Positions 25,062 through 38,807 of a stretch of 64,000 nucleotides of DNA are shown piece by piece. The notes beneath the pieces are model-generated. The model did not search any database. It saw only the letters and a program-made list of their open reading frames with translations, and was not told the DNA's origin. The stretch is from the human T2T-CHM13v2.0 reference genome, Homo sapiens: assembly GCF_009914755.1 (NCBI RefSeq), contig NC_060928.1; one strand, given 5' to 3'. The position numbers were made by a program, and so were the translations under genes. Numbering within the stretch: the stretch's first letter is position 1; every line of letters starts with the position of its first letter.

Positions 25062-25194
25062 TATAGGATGACTATACACACTGTCTCACCCGGGACGTCC
25101 AGATTTGTGCTTGTTTTTCCAGTTTAATTTTTGATAGTGCTCTTTTCCCTCTTAAGAGTGCTCCAGTTTAGACAATGAATTATATGGTCACCCT
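25062..25194 (-). mobile_element. MER94 (hAT-Blackjack), near complete
   Basis: TIR-like ends TAGGATGACTATA ... TATATGGTCACCCTG. Confidence 0.75.
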
Positions 25195-25504
25195 GGTTAA
25201 GCAGGGACTCTGATATGACTTATTTCCTAATGGTGGCTATAAAAGGGCCACAGTTGCAAGTACCAAGAGCTATTTGAGGGCAGAAGAAACACGAGGTTGG
25301 TGGAGGGATATTATCCAGAGATGCTACTGAGAGGAATTAGTCCTGGAAACTGTCTCCAATGAATGCCACATGCTAGCAACAGCTGAGCAAATTGCTAACT
25401 CATTTATTATTTATTAATTGCCATTAAGAATCATCACTGTTAGAACTGCAACTAGAAACAATAAATAGCATCAGATAGGAGATTCCTTAATAGCTAAACT
25501 CAGA

Positions 25505-26105
25505 ATTTCCAGTATCAAAGAGCATGCTGCATAACAAATTGTCAAACATTTAGTGGCTTAAATCAATACAGAATTATTATCTCACAGATTATGTAGGTCA
25601 GGAGACTGGGCATGGTTTAGCTAGATTCTCTGCTTCAGGGTCTCACTAGGCCATCATCGAAGTGTAAACAGGTTCCCTTCTCATTTGGAGGCTCCAGTGA
25701 AGAAGGACCTTCTTCCAGGTTTATATATGTTAGTGGCAAAGCTTATTTCCTTGCAGCTGTAGGACTTGAGCTTCTATTTTTTGCTGGCTATTGGTTGGAA
25801 GCGACTCTCAGCTCCAAGTGGGTGTCCAAGTTCTCTAACATTCAATTTTCTTCATAGGCAGTTACACCATGGCAGCTGGATTTTTTGAGGACAGCTGGAG
25901 GGTAAGATCTAGTGGGCTAGCAAGACAGAGTCCTATAAAATGTAACATAATTATGTGAAGGACATCTCAACAACTTTGTTACCGTCTACTAGTTAGAAAT
26001 AAGTCAAGGGTCTCACCCTCACACAAGGGGCAGCCATTACCCAAAGACATGAACTCCAGGAGGTGAGGATGATGGCAGCCGTTTTAGACTTAGTCCTCTT
26101 CCACA
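25505..26105 (-). mobile_element. MLT1E-like LTR
   Basis: GCTGCATAACAAATT...TTAGTGGCTTAAA, TTCCTTGCAGCTGTAGGACT, GTTAGAAATAAGTCA, CCACA end. Confidence 0.85.
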
Positions 26106-26270
26106 TTCCACAATATATTCTTAACATGGACGTTAGAAATTGAAATTTATTTGATCTCCATTTTTCTTAGACAAGGGTAACACTTTTCCAAAAAGAAAAC
26201 TAACTTGAGTGGAAGCTTGAGGTATATATTATAAATTTAATTGTAACCAGCAGCTTAGTTTTCCAAGGAA

Positions 26271-26425
26271 TTTTCTTTCTTTTCTTTTCTTTTCTTTTTC
26301 TTTTTCTTTTCTTTTCTTTTTCTTTTCCTTTCTTTTCTTTCTTTTTCTTTCTTTCTTTCTCTTTCTGTCTGTCTAGCTGTCTGTCAATCTGTCTATCTAG
26401 CTGTCTGTCTACCTATCTATCTTTT
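26271..26425. repeat. (TTTTC)n/(TTTC)n polypyrimidine tract followed by (TCTG/TCTA)n
   Basis: Read directly. Confidence 0.9.
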
Positions 26426-26547
26426 TTTATACTTAATCTCATGCTTATTCTTCAAGAATGATTGTTAATCTTTCTTCTACTAGGCCATAGTCAAATTTCA
26501 TAAAAATTTTCTTAACTATCCTAGTTCATAGGAATCTTTTTCCTCTT

Positions 26548-26680
26548 AAAGTCAGATATATGTGGGTTTGAGTTGACTCTTATCATTTACTGGATTTTAT
26601 CACCTACAGCAGATATTTGAATCTCTCTTAATTTCAGTTTCTTTATTGGTAAAGTGAGAATAACACTATTTGTTCCACCT
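26548..26680 (+). mobile_element. MIR
   Basis: AGTCAGAT...GGGTTTGAGT...TCAGTTTCTTTATTGGTAAAGTGAGAATAA. Confidence 0.7.
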
Positions 26681-27454
26681 GCTTCTTGATAAATTTAAAC
26701 GTAATTTTCCAGAAAAATAGCTGGGCCCACAGAGCATCCTACTCAAATGCTATTTTCTTTTCTTCCTTCTTTTTCTTGTCTTTCCCTTCTCTCTATATAA
26801 TTATTTTGACAATAAATATTATCCTGCATAGTTCATTTTGTTATGTGTATATGTACATGTATCAGAGATATAGGTGAGTGGTGATTACACGTTACATTCT
26901 GTTGTGTAAGGCTTGGTTTTCCAGCTGTAGTGATGCGTTTGTAGTGATTCATCCACATTTTCCTTCCAAATCTCCAGAATAAGTTGCAACATATTCATGA
27001 GATGACTAGACAGGTTACACTTATCCAATCTTTGATCACTGTATATAGAATTCTTTTTGTGGTGCCTATCCTTATTATTCTAAACCCTGTTCTCTTCCAA
27101 TCTTTGGGCCACTCTCTGCCCCATGCTTCTTATACCCTTTTGAAGCTCTCTAGGGAGAAAAATGTTCAGGGTCCTGCTTCGTAGTTTTAGATAGTAGATG
27201 GCTTTTTATTATACATGCCAGAGAAGTTTTAATTATGTGAACTCCTCATTATACAATTCCAATGGGAAAAAGTATATATTTTAGGAACATCCGCTTTGTT
27301 TTTAAAGTCCACTTACGTAAAATTAATATAAAGCGATATAACATTTTTCACCCGAAAGAGTAACTTATAAATTTTCCCTAAAAGTATTATTGTCTTACTT
27401 TTTAAAAAATCATTACATAAATAAAGTCACGGGCTCCATTTGAAGGTTCTATAA

Positions 27455-27640
27455 CTGAAACTAGAATACATAAGCTATGGGGAACTAAACTCTGAATTCT
27501 GATTTTACCACTAAAGTAGCTAGCTGATGATGAGTGGATCACTTTTATCATTGTGAGCCACAGATTCCTAGTTTCTGAACTGTGGGATTTAGATAAGGTG
27601 ATTCATAAATTCCTGTCAGCTCCACAATTCTGTAACTTTG
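27455..27640 (+). mobile_element. MIR3/MIRc-like fragment
   Basis: CTGAATTCTGATTTTACCACTAA...TAAATTCCTGTCAGCTCCACAATTCTGT. Confidence 0.55.
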
Positions 27641-28582
27641 AAAAATTAATTGCATTTTCACTTATGTATTCTTGTTTAAAGTTGCATTCATTCATATTTT
27701 ATTGTAACTTTAATTTTTTTCTCTTCCTTCATTCCTAAATTTGTATATAAGTTTGGGAATAGGATATGCTTGTTGAATTCTCATCAAAATGTTTTTCCAT
27801 ATAAATTTGTGCTGCTCAGGTGACATAGGAAGACAGAGATTTCTAACTAAGAGTAGATAATTAGGGGCTCCTTTTGAACAGACTTATATTAAAGAGAATA
27901 GAGCTTCTCTTTGTTATCAGTGCCAAGGGATGCAAACCAGGATACCGAAATTAGCAGGAATTTCAGGAATGAGCCTGAGAAAGAAGAGTTAAGTTTTTTT
28001 TGCTTAGCAATACAAAGAGGTGGGCGCACAGTGGAGGACCAGGAGTGTGCTTCAACATTCAAGTAATAGAAGTTTGCATTTGAACAGCAAAATTGCCTGG
28101 CAAAATCTGAGCACATTGAGCAGGTGACTTCTAAATCCTTAAGCTATGGACATTCTTTCTGAGCATCTAGAATATTAAGAGATGGGAAAGATGGCCAGCA
28201 TATGCCGATCACTGTTCTCGACACTGAACACCAGACACATCTGACAAAGCTGCTGTCCCATCATTCAAGTGTGGCTAACAGGGCTCATTTCTGACCTGCA
28301 GTCTGTTCCATGCTGACTGCAAATATAGTTTGCGCCTTCTCGGTGCCAGCAGGGCCACCCGTGGAGCCTGTCGCTCAGCAATGGGCAGAGGCACAGTTAC
28401 TTTGCCTTCAATGATGCATCCTGTCTTTAATCAAATTTCTCTTTCCCATTCTGGGAAACTTCTGGGCTTCTTGTTCATTCTTAAATGTCAGAACAGGATC
28501 TCTGCCTTCTTTCTTTTTCCTATTATAAGTACCAGTAGACCTTTAGCCCACACTGGTACATAAGGGACCACCTTCTCTAGTG

Positions 28583-28722
28583 CCCTCATTTCACAGAGCA
28601 AAGGAAGAAAGGCTCATGCAGGGAAGTGACTTGCTCAAGGCCAAATAGGAAGAGGCATAACTGGAACGATGACTCATGTATCTTGATTTCCAGTTCCAAG
28701 CACTTTCTCTGACTCCACGCTG
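28583..28722 (-). mobile_element. MIR
   Basis: CTCATTTCACAGA...GGGAAGTGACTTGCTCAAGGCCA...TTCCAGTTCCAAGCACTTTC. Confidence 0.75.
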
Positions 28723-29639
28723 CGTCAAAGCATTCTGATCTTTTTAATGCACATCCCGCTATGGTTGGCCAAGTTTGACCTTCACAGCTCATTATGATCA
28801 TTGATCCTTATATGATGAACCTGATAAATGAGCAACAGGTAAGGTAAATAATTATGGTTAAACATACTGTCCTTTAACTCTAATTTTGTTCAAAGTACTA
28901 ATCTCATGTAGAAAGAGTGCTTTATTGTTTTAAAAGTCACTTTCATATATTCAATAACTTTGATCTATTTTTTTCTTCATTAAGACAACCCCTGTGAACT
29001 TAACAAAATGATTGTGCCCAAAGGCTGACAGTGACTGTGGCAGTAGTTTCAACTTTTCATACAGAAATACCTATTTATTTATGTGTAGGTATGAAATGGT
29101 TAAACCAAGCATTCTGACAGAGTCATGCCTTAGATACACTACACTACTAGACTTTCTCAGATGAGAATAACTGAAATATTCAACATACATCTAGTAAAAA
29201 TGGTTCATTTCTCTTTAGTAATTGAAAGGGCATTTGGGGTATGGCTAAGCCCTGGGATGGTTATATTGAATATCTCCCATAAGGCTACAATATAGAAGAT
29301 GCAGAACTTGTAAGCTCAAGATACCGTTATCTTTGAAAGATTGAAATAGATTATCTCTAATGTCTCTTTTAGCTTCACTTCACTTGGCTCTGATTTACAC
29401 AGAAGCTGTGAGTGGGCAGCATTTGTGAATTTCCAATTTAAAGCCTCTCATTTCAGGCCCCCAGGCAGTGCCAGACATACCATAACAGGTATTCAACAAA
29501 CATGGGTGTTCGTGGTTTTAGTGAATTCCCTGGGTAGCTCTTGTCTTAAGATGTTGCATTTGATGAAATCGAGGTCCTCTCATTTGGAGTCCCTCCAGTT
29601 CAGGCAATTCCTGAAGCCCTTTGTCACAGGAATGATTTT

Positions 29640-29960
29640 CTTCATTGCTCCAGGAGGCAAGCTTCTGAATAAGTGCTTCCCAGAGGGAGGAGGAAGTTAT
29701 TTGGAAGAGGCTGGACTCTGTTAGATAAGTGAAAACTTCTTATAAATACCTGACTTGGAAGTGAGAGAGGAAGGTTTTCAAATCAAAGTGCTAAATTAAG
29801 AAGCTTAATTTTGGCACTTCAGCTGACTGAGTTGTTGATGGGAGGGTTTATGCTAACAATTCCCCTGCATCCACAGGGGATCAGGAGCAGAAGCTGATAA
29901 GATAGCTTCAGGGGAACGAAAGGACGGTCTTACTCCAGTAGCTCTGTCTTCAGAAAGCAT
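29640..29960. promoter_or_regulatory. Candidate ETS+GATA enhancer
   Basis: GAGGAAGT 29690, AGATAA 29723, TATAAATA 29741, GGAAGTG 29757, TGATAAGATAG 29895 in non-repeat sequence. Confidence 0.3.
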
Positions 29961-30359
29961 GAGAGGAGTGCTGAGTCTGGATCTGTTTCCGTCCCATGCT
30001 GGCACACAGATAGCTACAGCGTACTGACTTCCTTTCCACTGCACTCTCCTTGGAGGGACAGAGCCAAGGAGCATGTTTCTTCTGGAGTTCCCCAATTTAT
30101 TATTAAAAATATAGTAATAAAAAGGAAACTCTTTGTCAGAGGGAAAGAGAAAGACATAGGACACTGAATTGACATTTAGACTATGACTCTAATCTCAAGT
30201 TCTAACAATGCTTGCTGGGAAAATTATTTACTCTGTCTGGAGCAGCTTTTATTTTTTTTTCCTTGTCCATAATGTTCTGCACTCTTAGAAGCGATATTTT
30301 CTATAGCTCTAATATGAAGTATATTCAAAGAATATTCCAATATATTTGTTTCAAAGTCC

Positions 30360-30850
30360 TAAAAAAACAGTTTTGGCATTGGACCTAGTAATTTAATTTG
30401 GGGGCATTTATATACAAATAATGAGACATTTGCAGAAGTGTTTTTCTATTAGGATCTTTATTTCACATTTGTAGTGGTAAAATTTGGGAGCAAACTAACT
30501 TCACAAAAAGGAGATTGAATACATAAATTATAGTTTGTCCATATGAAAGCACAAGCTATGCTGATTTGAATTCATATTGCTGAAAAATATTTAATGGAAT
30601 AGAAAATATTCAAGGTGAATTACAAATGATAAAATCAGATTGAAAACACTAAGGAGATATCTCAGTTTTGTTAACGATAAAAATGAGTATGTGTATATGT
30701 GTGTGTGTTGGAAGAGAAGAAAGACTAGAGGCTTCCGTTTTAAAATTTCAAATGTTTATATTGGTTTTGGTAGTTATTGGTAATTTTTACTTATTATAAT
30801 ATTCTATAATTTTCAATACTTTTAAAATGAAAATCGCATTTGTAGTGAGA
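30360..30850 (+). mobile_element. Very old L1 (L1ME4-like) 3' region
   Basis: TTGGACCTAGTAATT, ATAAATTATAG, AAATATTTAATGGAATAGAAAATATTCA, GAAAGACTAGAGG. Confidence 0.6.
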
Positions 30851-32264
30851 AATATGATTAATCTTATTTAAATGCTACATGAATAAAAAACAATAGATGT
30901 ACACATCCTCACCTTCTTTCACTCTCCTACCTTCAATAGCTCAGAATCTTCAAGAATCTTCAAGTCTTGTGACAAATGATATGCCATCTCAAGAAGTTTA
31001 CAAAGTTGAAATTTCTTCTATTTATTTTTTGCATTAATCATAGATGTCAGGGCTACTGGAGACTCATTCTGGTTTCTCAACTCATGTTACAGAGGCTCAG
31101 GAAAGCCATTTCAACTGTCATATATCAGTAGTAGAAAAGTAATATGATAAGCTGCCCTTACTCTTATAGTATTCACCATTGTGCCTCAGAGAACGGAAAA
31201 AGTTTCAGAAATTATTTCATTAACACTTTTCACTTAAGCTACAAAATTTGGAATCAAAATTCACCATGTCTGATTCACAGTGAGGCATATAGCACAAAGT
31301 CATCTTGAAAGGACTCTAGCAAAGGAACAAAAGTATTAAATGATCTAAGACACTAAGATTCTTAAAAGCCTGATAATATGCCCACAAAAGTCAGGTAAGA
31401 AGGTTCAAATACCTTTCCAAATACAAATAGGACAAATAGAATAATTTGGTTTCATAAACCTGGGTGAATACAAAGTTGCCCATTCCTCTAGATTTCTGCC
31501 AAAGTGTAACTAGACATTATGGTATCTGAAAGGCATTTTATTAAATCTAAATAAATAGGTAGATTGTTATTATGGAATATGGACAATTATATGCATTTAC
31601 CACCATCCCTCATCTCAAAGAGCAATTTCTGGTCATGTGGTATTGCAGCCTAATGACTGTGCTTTGACCATTTGCAGCTGGTGTTTGTCCCTGGGACATA
31701 AGTCACACAGGGCAAAACACGGCTGATATCCAGAAAGATCACGAGAACCACACCACTGCTTTGGCACCCTTTCAAGAGCTGCTCAGCAAGGAGCTCGTGA
31801 CTGCTGACCATCTGGTTGGAAATCCTGGCAATGATTTAATATTAGTGTTAATATGAAGTCTGTCAGTAGAAAGCACTTTGTGGGATTGTAACCACCATGG
31901 TAGTCTATGTTAGGTAGACTCTTAGTGTTATCTTTCTTTTCACCCTCTCATTAGTTTCTGGAAAGATAATTCTGGACTATCATCTTTTATAGTCACATGC
32001 TTGCTTATTAGAAATTCAAACATAATATACTCAGTTTTTAATTATCTTAAATGCTGTGGTAATGGTTAAGTTGATTTCATAGAAATAACAAATTTTAATG
32101 CTTGTAAGGACTTTAGAACAATAGGAACTGTTAGTCTTGGTGCTGTCAGCATAGTTATAAATGTGAAAAAGTTCTGTCCAAGGACATGAATACTTCAGAA
32201 TACATTTATTGATTTTAGTTTGTAGAAATATATGCACCTTAATTAAATATTATCTAAACTAGCA

Positions 32265-32380
32265 TATTACAACATAGATGAAAAAACTGAAGCTTAGGGA
32301 GATAAATATTCCTAAGGCCATAACAGCAGAATGAGGCCCAGCACCTCAGTTTTTAACCCAATTCCATGTGTTTTCTTATA
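32265..32380 (-). mobile_element. MIR fragment
   Basis: ATAGATGAAAAAACTGAAGCTTAGGGAG...CCTAAGGCCATAACAG. Confidence 0.6.
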
Positions 32381-33429
32381 GGCTGACCACACCAGCTCAC
32401 ACTTGTTTAAAGTTTTTAATATGGCTCTTGGGGATTTGAAGAAATAGAAAAAAAATAAAATATCAATTGTAAAATATTAAAGTTACAAGTAATTCCAAGT
32501 TGAGCTTATTATATTGTTGAGTTTTATAGGCTTATACTCTTGTTAACTTTCAGTTGTTGTCATAGAAGCCCTATAGTCATATTCATTATATCTGCCACAG
32601 GTCTAAGAACCTCTCTCTTCCAAAATTCCTGACCTGAGTTTGTCTTTTTCTCATCTCAATACCAGGATAGAGGTGGTGGTGCTGGAAACAGTGTATATAT
32701 TCTTTTTTATTCTGATAGATTCTTTCACTACGGGTAGAGGTAGCCTGGTTAGGTTCTGACTAAGATACAGTGTAAAGAAAATGTCTTTGGATGTGGAGAA
32801 TAAATATATCCTGCTGTCCATAGTTCTGAAATGTCGTTTTAAATTAACTTGGAAACAATGGGTGACTTTGCTCCAACTTCTCTCAAGAAATCTGTACAAG
32901 GTGAGGAAAAAATTTCATGTGCAAAAGGATAGAGGAAGCACAAAATGAGAGAAATGGAGAGAGGATGCCAAATAAGAATGGTCTGTCATTGATTAGGGAG
33001 AAAAAAAATCAAGAGACTATTCTTTTGGTGTAGTAGTCAAATTTTTGCAGTTTTAAGAAAAGATTGTTTGTCTGCCAGTAAATTGGTTGGCATGTGACTC
33101 TCCCATCTCCACCAACTCCATCTCCACCAATCTGTGCTTATCAATCTCCTTGATGATAGGCTTAGGTCTTAAACAGCCGGGCATATATCATCTCCAGAGA
33201 AAATCATAGAGAAAACATACATGCTTCTTTGGATGTTAAATTTAAATTAATCACCCATTTTTGGATTAGCTTTTCTAGATTTGAGATATGAAGCAGAAGA
33301 AGGCTATGACATGGGTCATTAAAATGCTTCATACTTGAGACGGTCACCATGAAAAGATGCTAGAGACACCAAACAGAATAATAAAAATTCTTATTGCACA
33401 TTAGCAAGAAAATTATCCATGCAGCTAGT

Positions 33430-34000
33430 TTTCATTAATTTCTAGGCATTGAGGTGAACAATTCCTATGCATTATTTCACTTGATTCTCAGAACAACCTT
33501 ATGAGATTGACATTATTTTTACTTAAAAAAATTAGGTGAGAAAACTAAGAATAATGGATACTGTTTGGCTGTGTCCCCACCCAAATCTCATCTTGATTTG
33601 TAGCTCCCATAATCCCCATATGTCATGGAAGGGACCAAGTGGGAGGTAATTGAACCATAGGGGTAGGTTTTTCTCATGCTGTTCTCATGATAGTGAATAA
33701 GTCTCACGAGATCTGATGGTTTTATAAATGGGAGTTCCCCCGCACAAGCTCCCTTGCCTGCTGCCATGTAAGACGTGACTTTGTTCCTCATTTGCCTTCC
33801 ACCATGATTGTTAGGCCTCCCCAGCCATGTGGAACTATGAGTCAATTAAACCTCTTTTCTTGATAAATTACCCAGTCTTGGCTATGTCTTTATTAGCAGC
33901 ATGAGAACAGACTAATACACTAACATATTTTTTAGAATGTTCAGAGATACGTGGCAGTGCTCAAATTAAAACTGTCCTGATTTCACAATTTACGTTTTTA
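33430..34000 (-). mobile_element. MIR split by a THE1 LTR
   Basis: TTGATTCTCAGAACAACCTTATGAGA...AGGTGAGAAAACTAAG before the LTR; GTGGCAGTGCTCAAATT after it. Confidence 0.6.
33556..33919 (+). mobile_element. THE1B/C MaLR solo LTR
   Basis: TTTGGCTGTGTCCCCACCCAAATCTCATCTTG start; GAGAACAGACTAATACA end. Confidence 0.95.
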
Positions 34001-34370
34001 ACAATTTAGCAATATTGAGTAATATGTGTGTCAATGGGAATATTGTAGTAAGTCCTGGCTGGATTTTAGGAAGTAGCAAAACTGTCCAACCTCTCTAAGT
34101 CTGAGCAAGGTGATATGTGGAGATAAATTGAAGTGGAAAATAAAGAAGGGACAGACACTAATATCAAAATTGAGTTTTGAAGAATGAGAAGAAAGTCACC
34201 AAGCACTGCAAATAGGGTCAAGGGCATGCACAAAGTTCTCAAATGTCATAGTGTACTTGGGGTGTGATCACTTGTCAAAATGGCTTTATTACAGGATAAA
34301 TGCTGAGAACATGGTGAATGATGAACAGAAAGGATTTTAAAAAGATACTTGAAAGATAGACAATAAAACC

Positions 34371-34562
34371 AAATTAGCTGGGCATAGTGGCATGAAGCTA
34401 TAGTCTCAGCTACTCAGGAGGCTGAGGCAGGAAGACTGCTTGAGCCCAGGAGGTTGAGGCTGTAGTGGTCTGTGATTGCTCTATTGCCCTCCAGCCAGTA
34501 CAACAAAGCAAGATCCTATCTCAAAAAAATAATAAATAAATAAGTAAATAAGTAAATAAATG
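34371..34562 (+). mobile_element. AluJ right arm / FRAM-like monomer with (TAAA)n tail
   Basis: TTAGCTGGGCATAGTGGC...CTTGAGCCCAGGAGGTTGAGGCTG...ATCTCAAAAAAA. Confidence 0.85.
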
Positions 34563-34868
34563 AAAAGACAGGCTTTCTTTATTATGGAAAGTTCTTCTTA
34601 TTAAAGCATTTAAATTATATCCCATGGACAGTGGTAAATAAACCACTGTGAGATTTTATATAGAATAAAGACATTTATTTTGTAAGATATTACTAACGAT
34701 GGTATGAAGTTTACAAAATCATTCTTCCCATTAAAAATTGATGTAGGCCCACACTATTAAAGATTTCTGTGAGATATAGTATAGTGAAAAGAGCAGTAGA
34801 GAGAAGACCTAAGGTCTTTATGAGTTTTTCCTACACTATGACCACTATGAGTTTGAACAAATAATTAA

Positions 34869-35220
<352 letters not shown>

Positions 35221-35405
35221 TGTTTTTTTTTTTTTTTCTTTTTTTTTCCTTTTTTTTTTTAAATAGAGATAGGGTCTTGCTGTTGCCCAGACTGAAGTAC
35301 AATGGAGTGGTCATAGGTCACTGCTTTGAACTCTGGACTCAAATGATCCTCCCACCTTGGCTTCCCAAAGTGCTGCGATTGTAGACGTGAGCTACTGCAC
35401 CCAGC
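35221..35405 (-). mobile_element. AluJ-type monomer (left/right arm hybrid)
   Basis: Has its own T tract; right-arm 3' part joined to left-arm CCCAAAGTGCTG 5' part. Confidence 0.8.
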
Positions 35406-36045
35406 TGACCGGTCTCAACCTTTAAGGTCCTTTTGAAATAGTGTTTATACATCCCTTTCCCTCTCTCTGCTGAAGAAGATGATAACATCCACAACCCAAT
35501 TATTCTGGATCTTATTGTCTTATTTATGGATTGCTTTGTCATCAATGTTTTCATTATCTCTCTTCTATTACCAGTCAGGTAACCATTGCTCATTTGCACC
35601 TCTACTAGAAAGAAAAGATGTGATAGCCAAACCAATCAACATTTTATTTGCTGCAACTCTTGTAAAAAGTTCACTAAGGGGAAAGTATTTAAAAAGTAAT
35701 GAATATAATAAGATCTAGAGATGTTCTGTCAATTCATTTCTCTATGCTATGTTTTTCCCCACTAACCTATGGAATTGGTATGCTCATTTTAAAATTTTGT
35801 AACCTTAAACCATATATTATACTGTTTTCCCTCCCCTGTTTTATTTTCCAGGAAATGGAACTTAAGTAAATTAAGTGTTAAGTGAATTCCAAAACATACT
35901 ACATCAAGTTAGGGACAGGGCTTCAATTAGAATCTGAATCTCCTAATTCTTTGATCTGTCTGTGGTCCCAAATTCAATCTACTCTGTGTCCTCTAAATAT
36001 TCTCATGGATTAGATACATAAATCTAAGAAGAAAGGACTGCAGCT

Positions 36046-36172
36046 TCAGTATGATCATTTAATTCGCCATCCAAACAAGAACATCTGTGGCAGTGAAAGG
36101 GAGCACAAATAATAATTACTCCAGGACAATAGGCATAAAACCATATTTATTTCAGGTTTGCATGGGTAATCT
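36046..36172 (+). mobile_element. MER94-like (hAT-Blackjack)
   Basis: ATGATCATTTAATTCGCCATCCAAACAAGAACA...AGTGAAAGGGAGCAC...GGACAATAGGCATAAA. Confidence 0.65.
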
Positions 36173-36906
36173 CTACTTCAGTCCAACCAAAGGTCATCTT
36201 AACATGTGGCCTTAACATTCAGGATTATCATTCAGGATTGTGTTCTTCAGGTTATGGCCCTGAACCAATCCCCTGTTAGGTATACTAGATATAGTTGTGC
36301 AAGTTCCTTCCGTATTCATTAGATTATGACCAGATTGTTTGAAAGGTTAGGGAGTTTGGGCTTTATCTTATGGATAATGAGAAAAAAATCTGTGTTTTTG
36401 TTTTTGCCTTAAAACAGGTAGGCTATACAAACAGACTTGTTTTTAAGAATGTAATTCTGCTGGTAGTATTAAGAGAAATCGAGTCTAAATAATGTCTGTG
36501 TTTACATGGCTCTTTGGAACCGAAGTATGATCATGAGGTATATACATAAATGTCTTAACCACAGGTAGGTGAAGTATTCCCTTTTGTTACAGCAATATTA
36601 TCCAGCCTTTTTCCTCACACTTTTGCTCCACCCTTTCTAATATTCACGTTTTCATTGGAAGTATTTATTATTATCATTTTAGAATTCTGTGACATAGTGA
36701 CTCCTACTTAGGCTAAATCATAAATTCTCTTTGTCCTTCAGCTTCCAAAAAAACTACACTTGAGATTTCCGTTTCTTTGGTTTCTCTCTATTAATAAAAT
36801 GAAGCTAAATAACAGTTTTTTTTTTTCCTTCTCTTTTCTTTTAGTTGGTTTCTATTTTTTCCCGTAGTCTTTGATCAGGGAGAGCTGCCTACATTACCAT
36901 CAAATT

Positions 36907-36917
36907 TGCTGAGTCAT
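36907..36917 (+). promoter_or_regulatory. Perfect CNC-sMAF / antioxidant response motif
   Basis: AAATT-TGCTGAGTCAT. Motif match only. Confidence 0.35.
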
Positions 36918-37384
36918 TTGTAGTTTTCTTTGAATGCTGAGGGCTTCAATGTCATTAGAAATGAGGTCCAAGTCTCATTGGTTTTTTAATATAATTGAGT
37001 CAAATTACATATTCTAATTGTACATACTAATTTTTAATGAAGCTGAAATGAGAAGGGGTCATAAGGGTGCATGTACTTACAAAATCTTTCATGAGGTAAC
37101 AGAGAAATAGTGATTTATATCTTTCGCTGTTGCATTTTCAAGGAGAAAAGTTGCTTTAAAAGAAGCCAGAAAAGAGATCAAAACTGAAATAAAAACAGGA
37201 AAGTCTGAGTGGCAAGAAGCATGTTTTAACTTTGAAAGATGTCGGGGTTTGTTTCAGATAAACTATAAAATCACTGTTTGTTTAGAGGAGTCAAGTGTAT
37301 GTGTGTTGTGAAGTCTGAATATGATTTGTGATTCACGTTAGCATATTGTTTTATACAGTGACCCTCCTCATGTCTTGTTTGACT

Positions 37385-37860
37385 GACTTGATATTTTAAA
37401 AGTGGCTACTAGATTTTTAGCTCTTACCATTAAGAGTATATTTCTCCATTTGAATCTTGACACGGACATGTGACTTGCTTTGACCAAAAGGACATTAACA
37501 AACATAATACAAGCCAATAGTTGAAATGTACTCTCCAATTCTTTTGCTTGTTTTGGAATGCAGCTACCTAGTAAAGAAACCTAAGATAGCCTTCTAGATT
37601 CTGAAGCAAGGTGGCCTAGTTATCCTTTTCTCTCCAGCCACCACCAGAAATGTGATTTACACCATCTGGGGCCAAGAAGCCCCAAGGAAACCCAAGAGAT
37701 TAGTCGAGTTGCATGAGAAAATTCAGCCGAGATGATCAGAAGAACTGTCCATCTGAGTTCAGCCCAAATTGTCCCCACCCCCAACCATGTAGTATCCTAA
37801 GTAATTAGTTATTGATTCAAGCCACTAAGTTCGAAAGTGGATGATAAGTATCAAACACTA
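37385..37860 (+). mobile_element. MLT1G-like LTR
   Basis: CATGTGACTTGCTTTGACCAA, GAAGAACTGTCCATCTGAGTTCAGCCCAAATTG, AAGCCACTAAGTT. Confidence 0.8.
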
Positions 37861-37886
37861 ACATAACAGGTTAATGTGTCTCCAAC

Positions 37887-38807
<921 letters not shown>

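Noticed and set aside
28787-28845. Plus-strand exon candidate ending CAG|gtaagg, and isolated plus-strand acceptors near 11113, 32381, 35851 and 45624
   Set aside because: Partner sites are weak or missing and there is no consistent reading frame. Such sites are common by chance.
33588-33845. 85-aa ORF resembling database 'hypothetical proteins'
   Set aside because: Antisense reading of a THE1 LTR.
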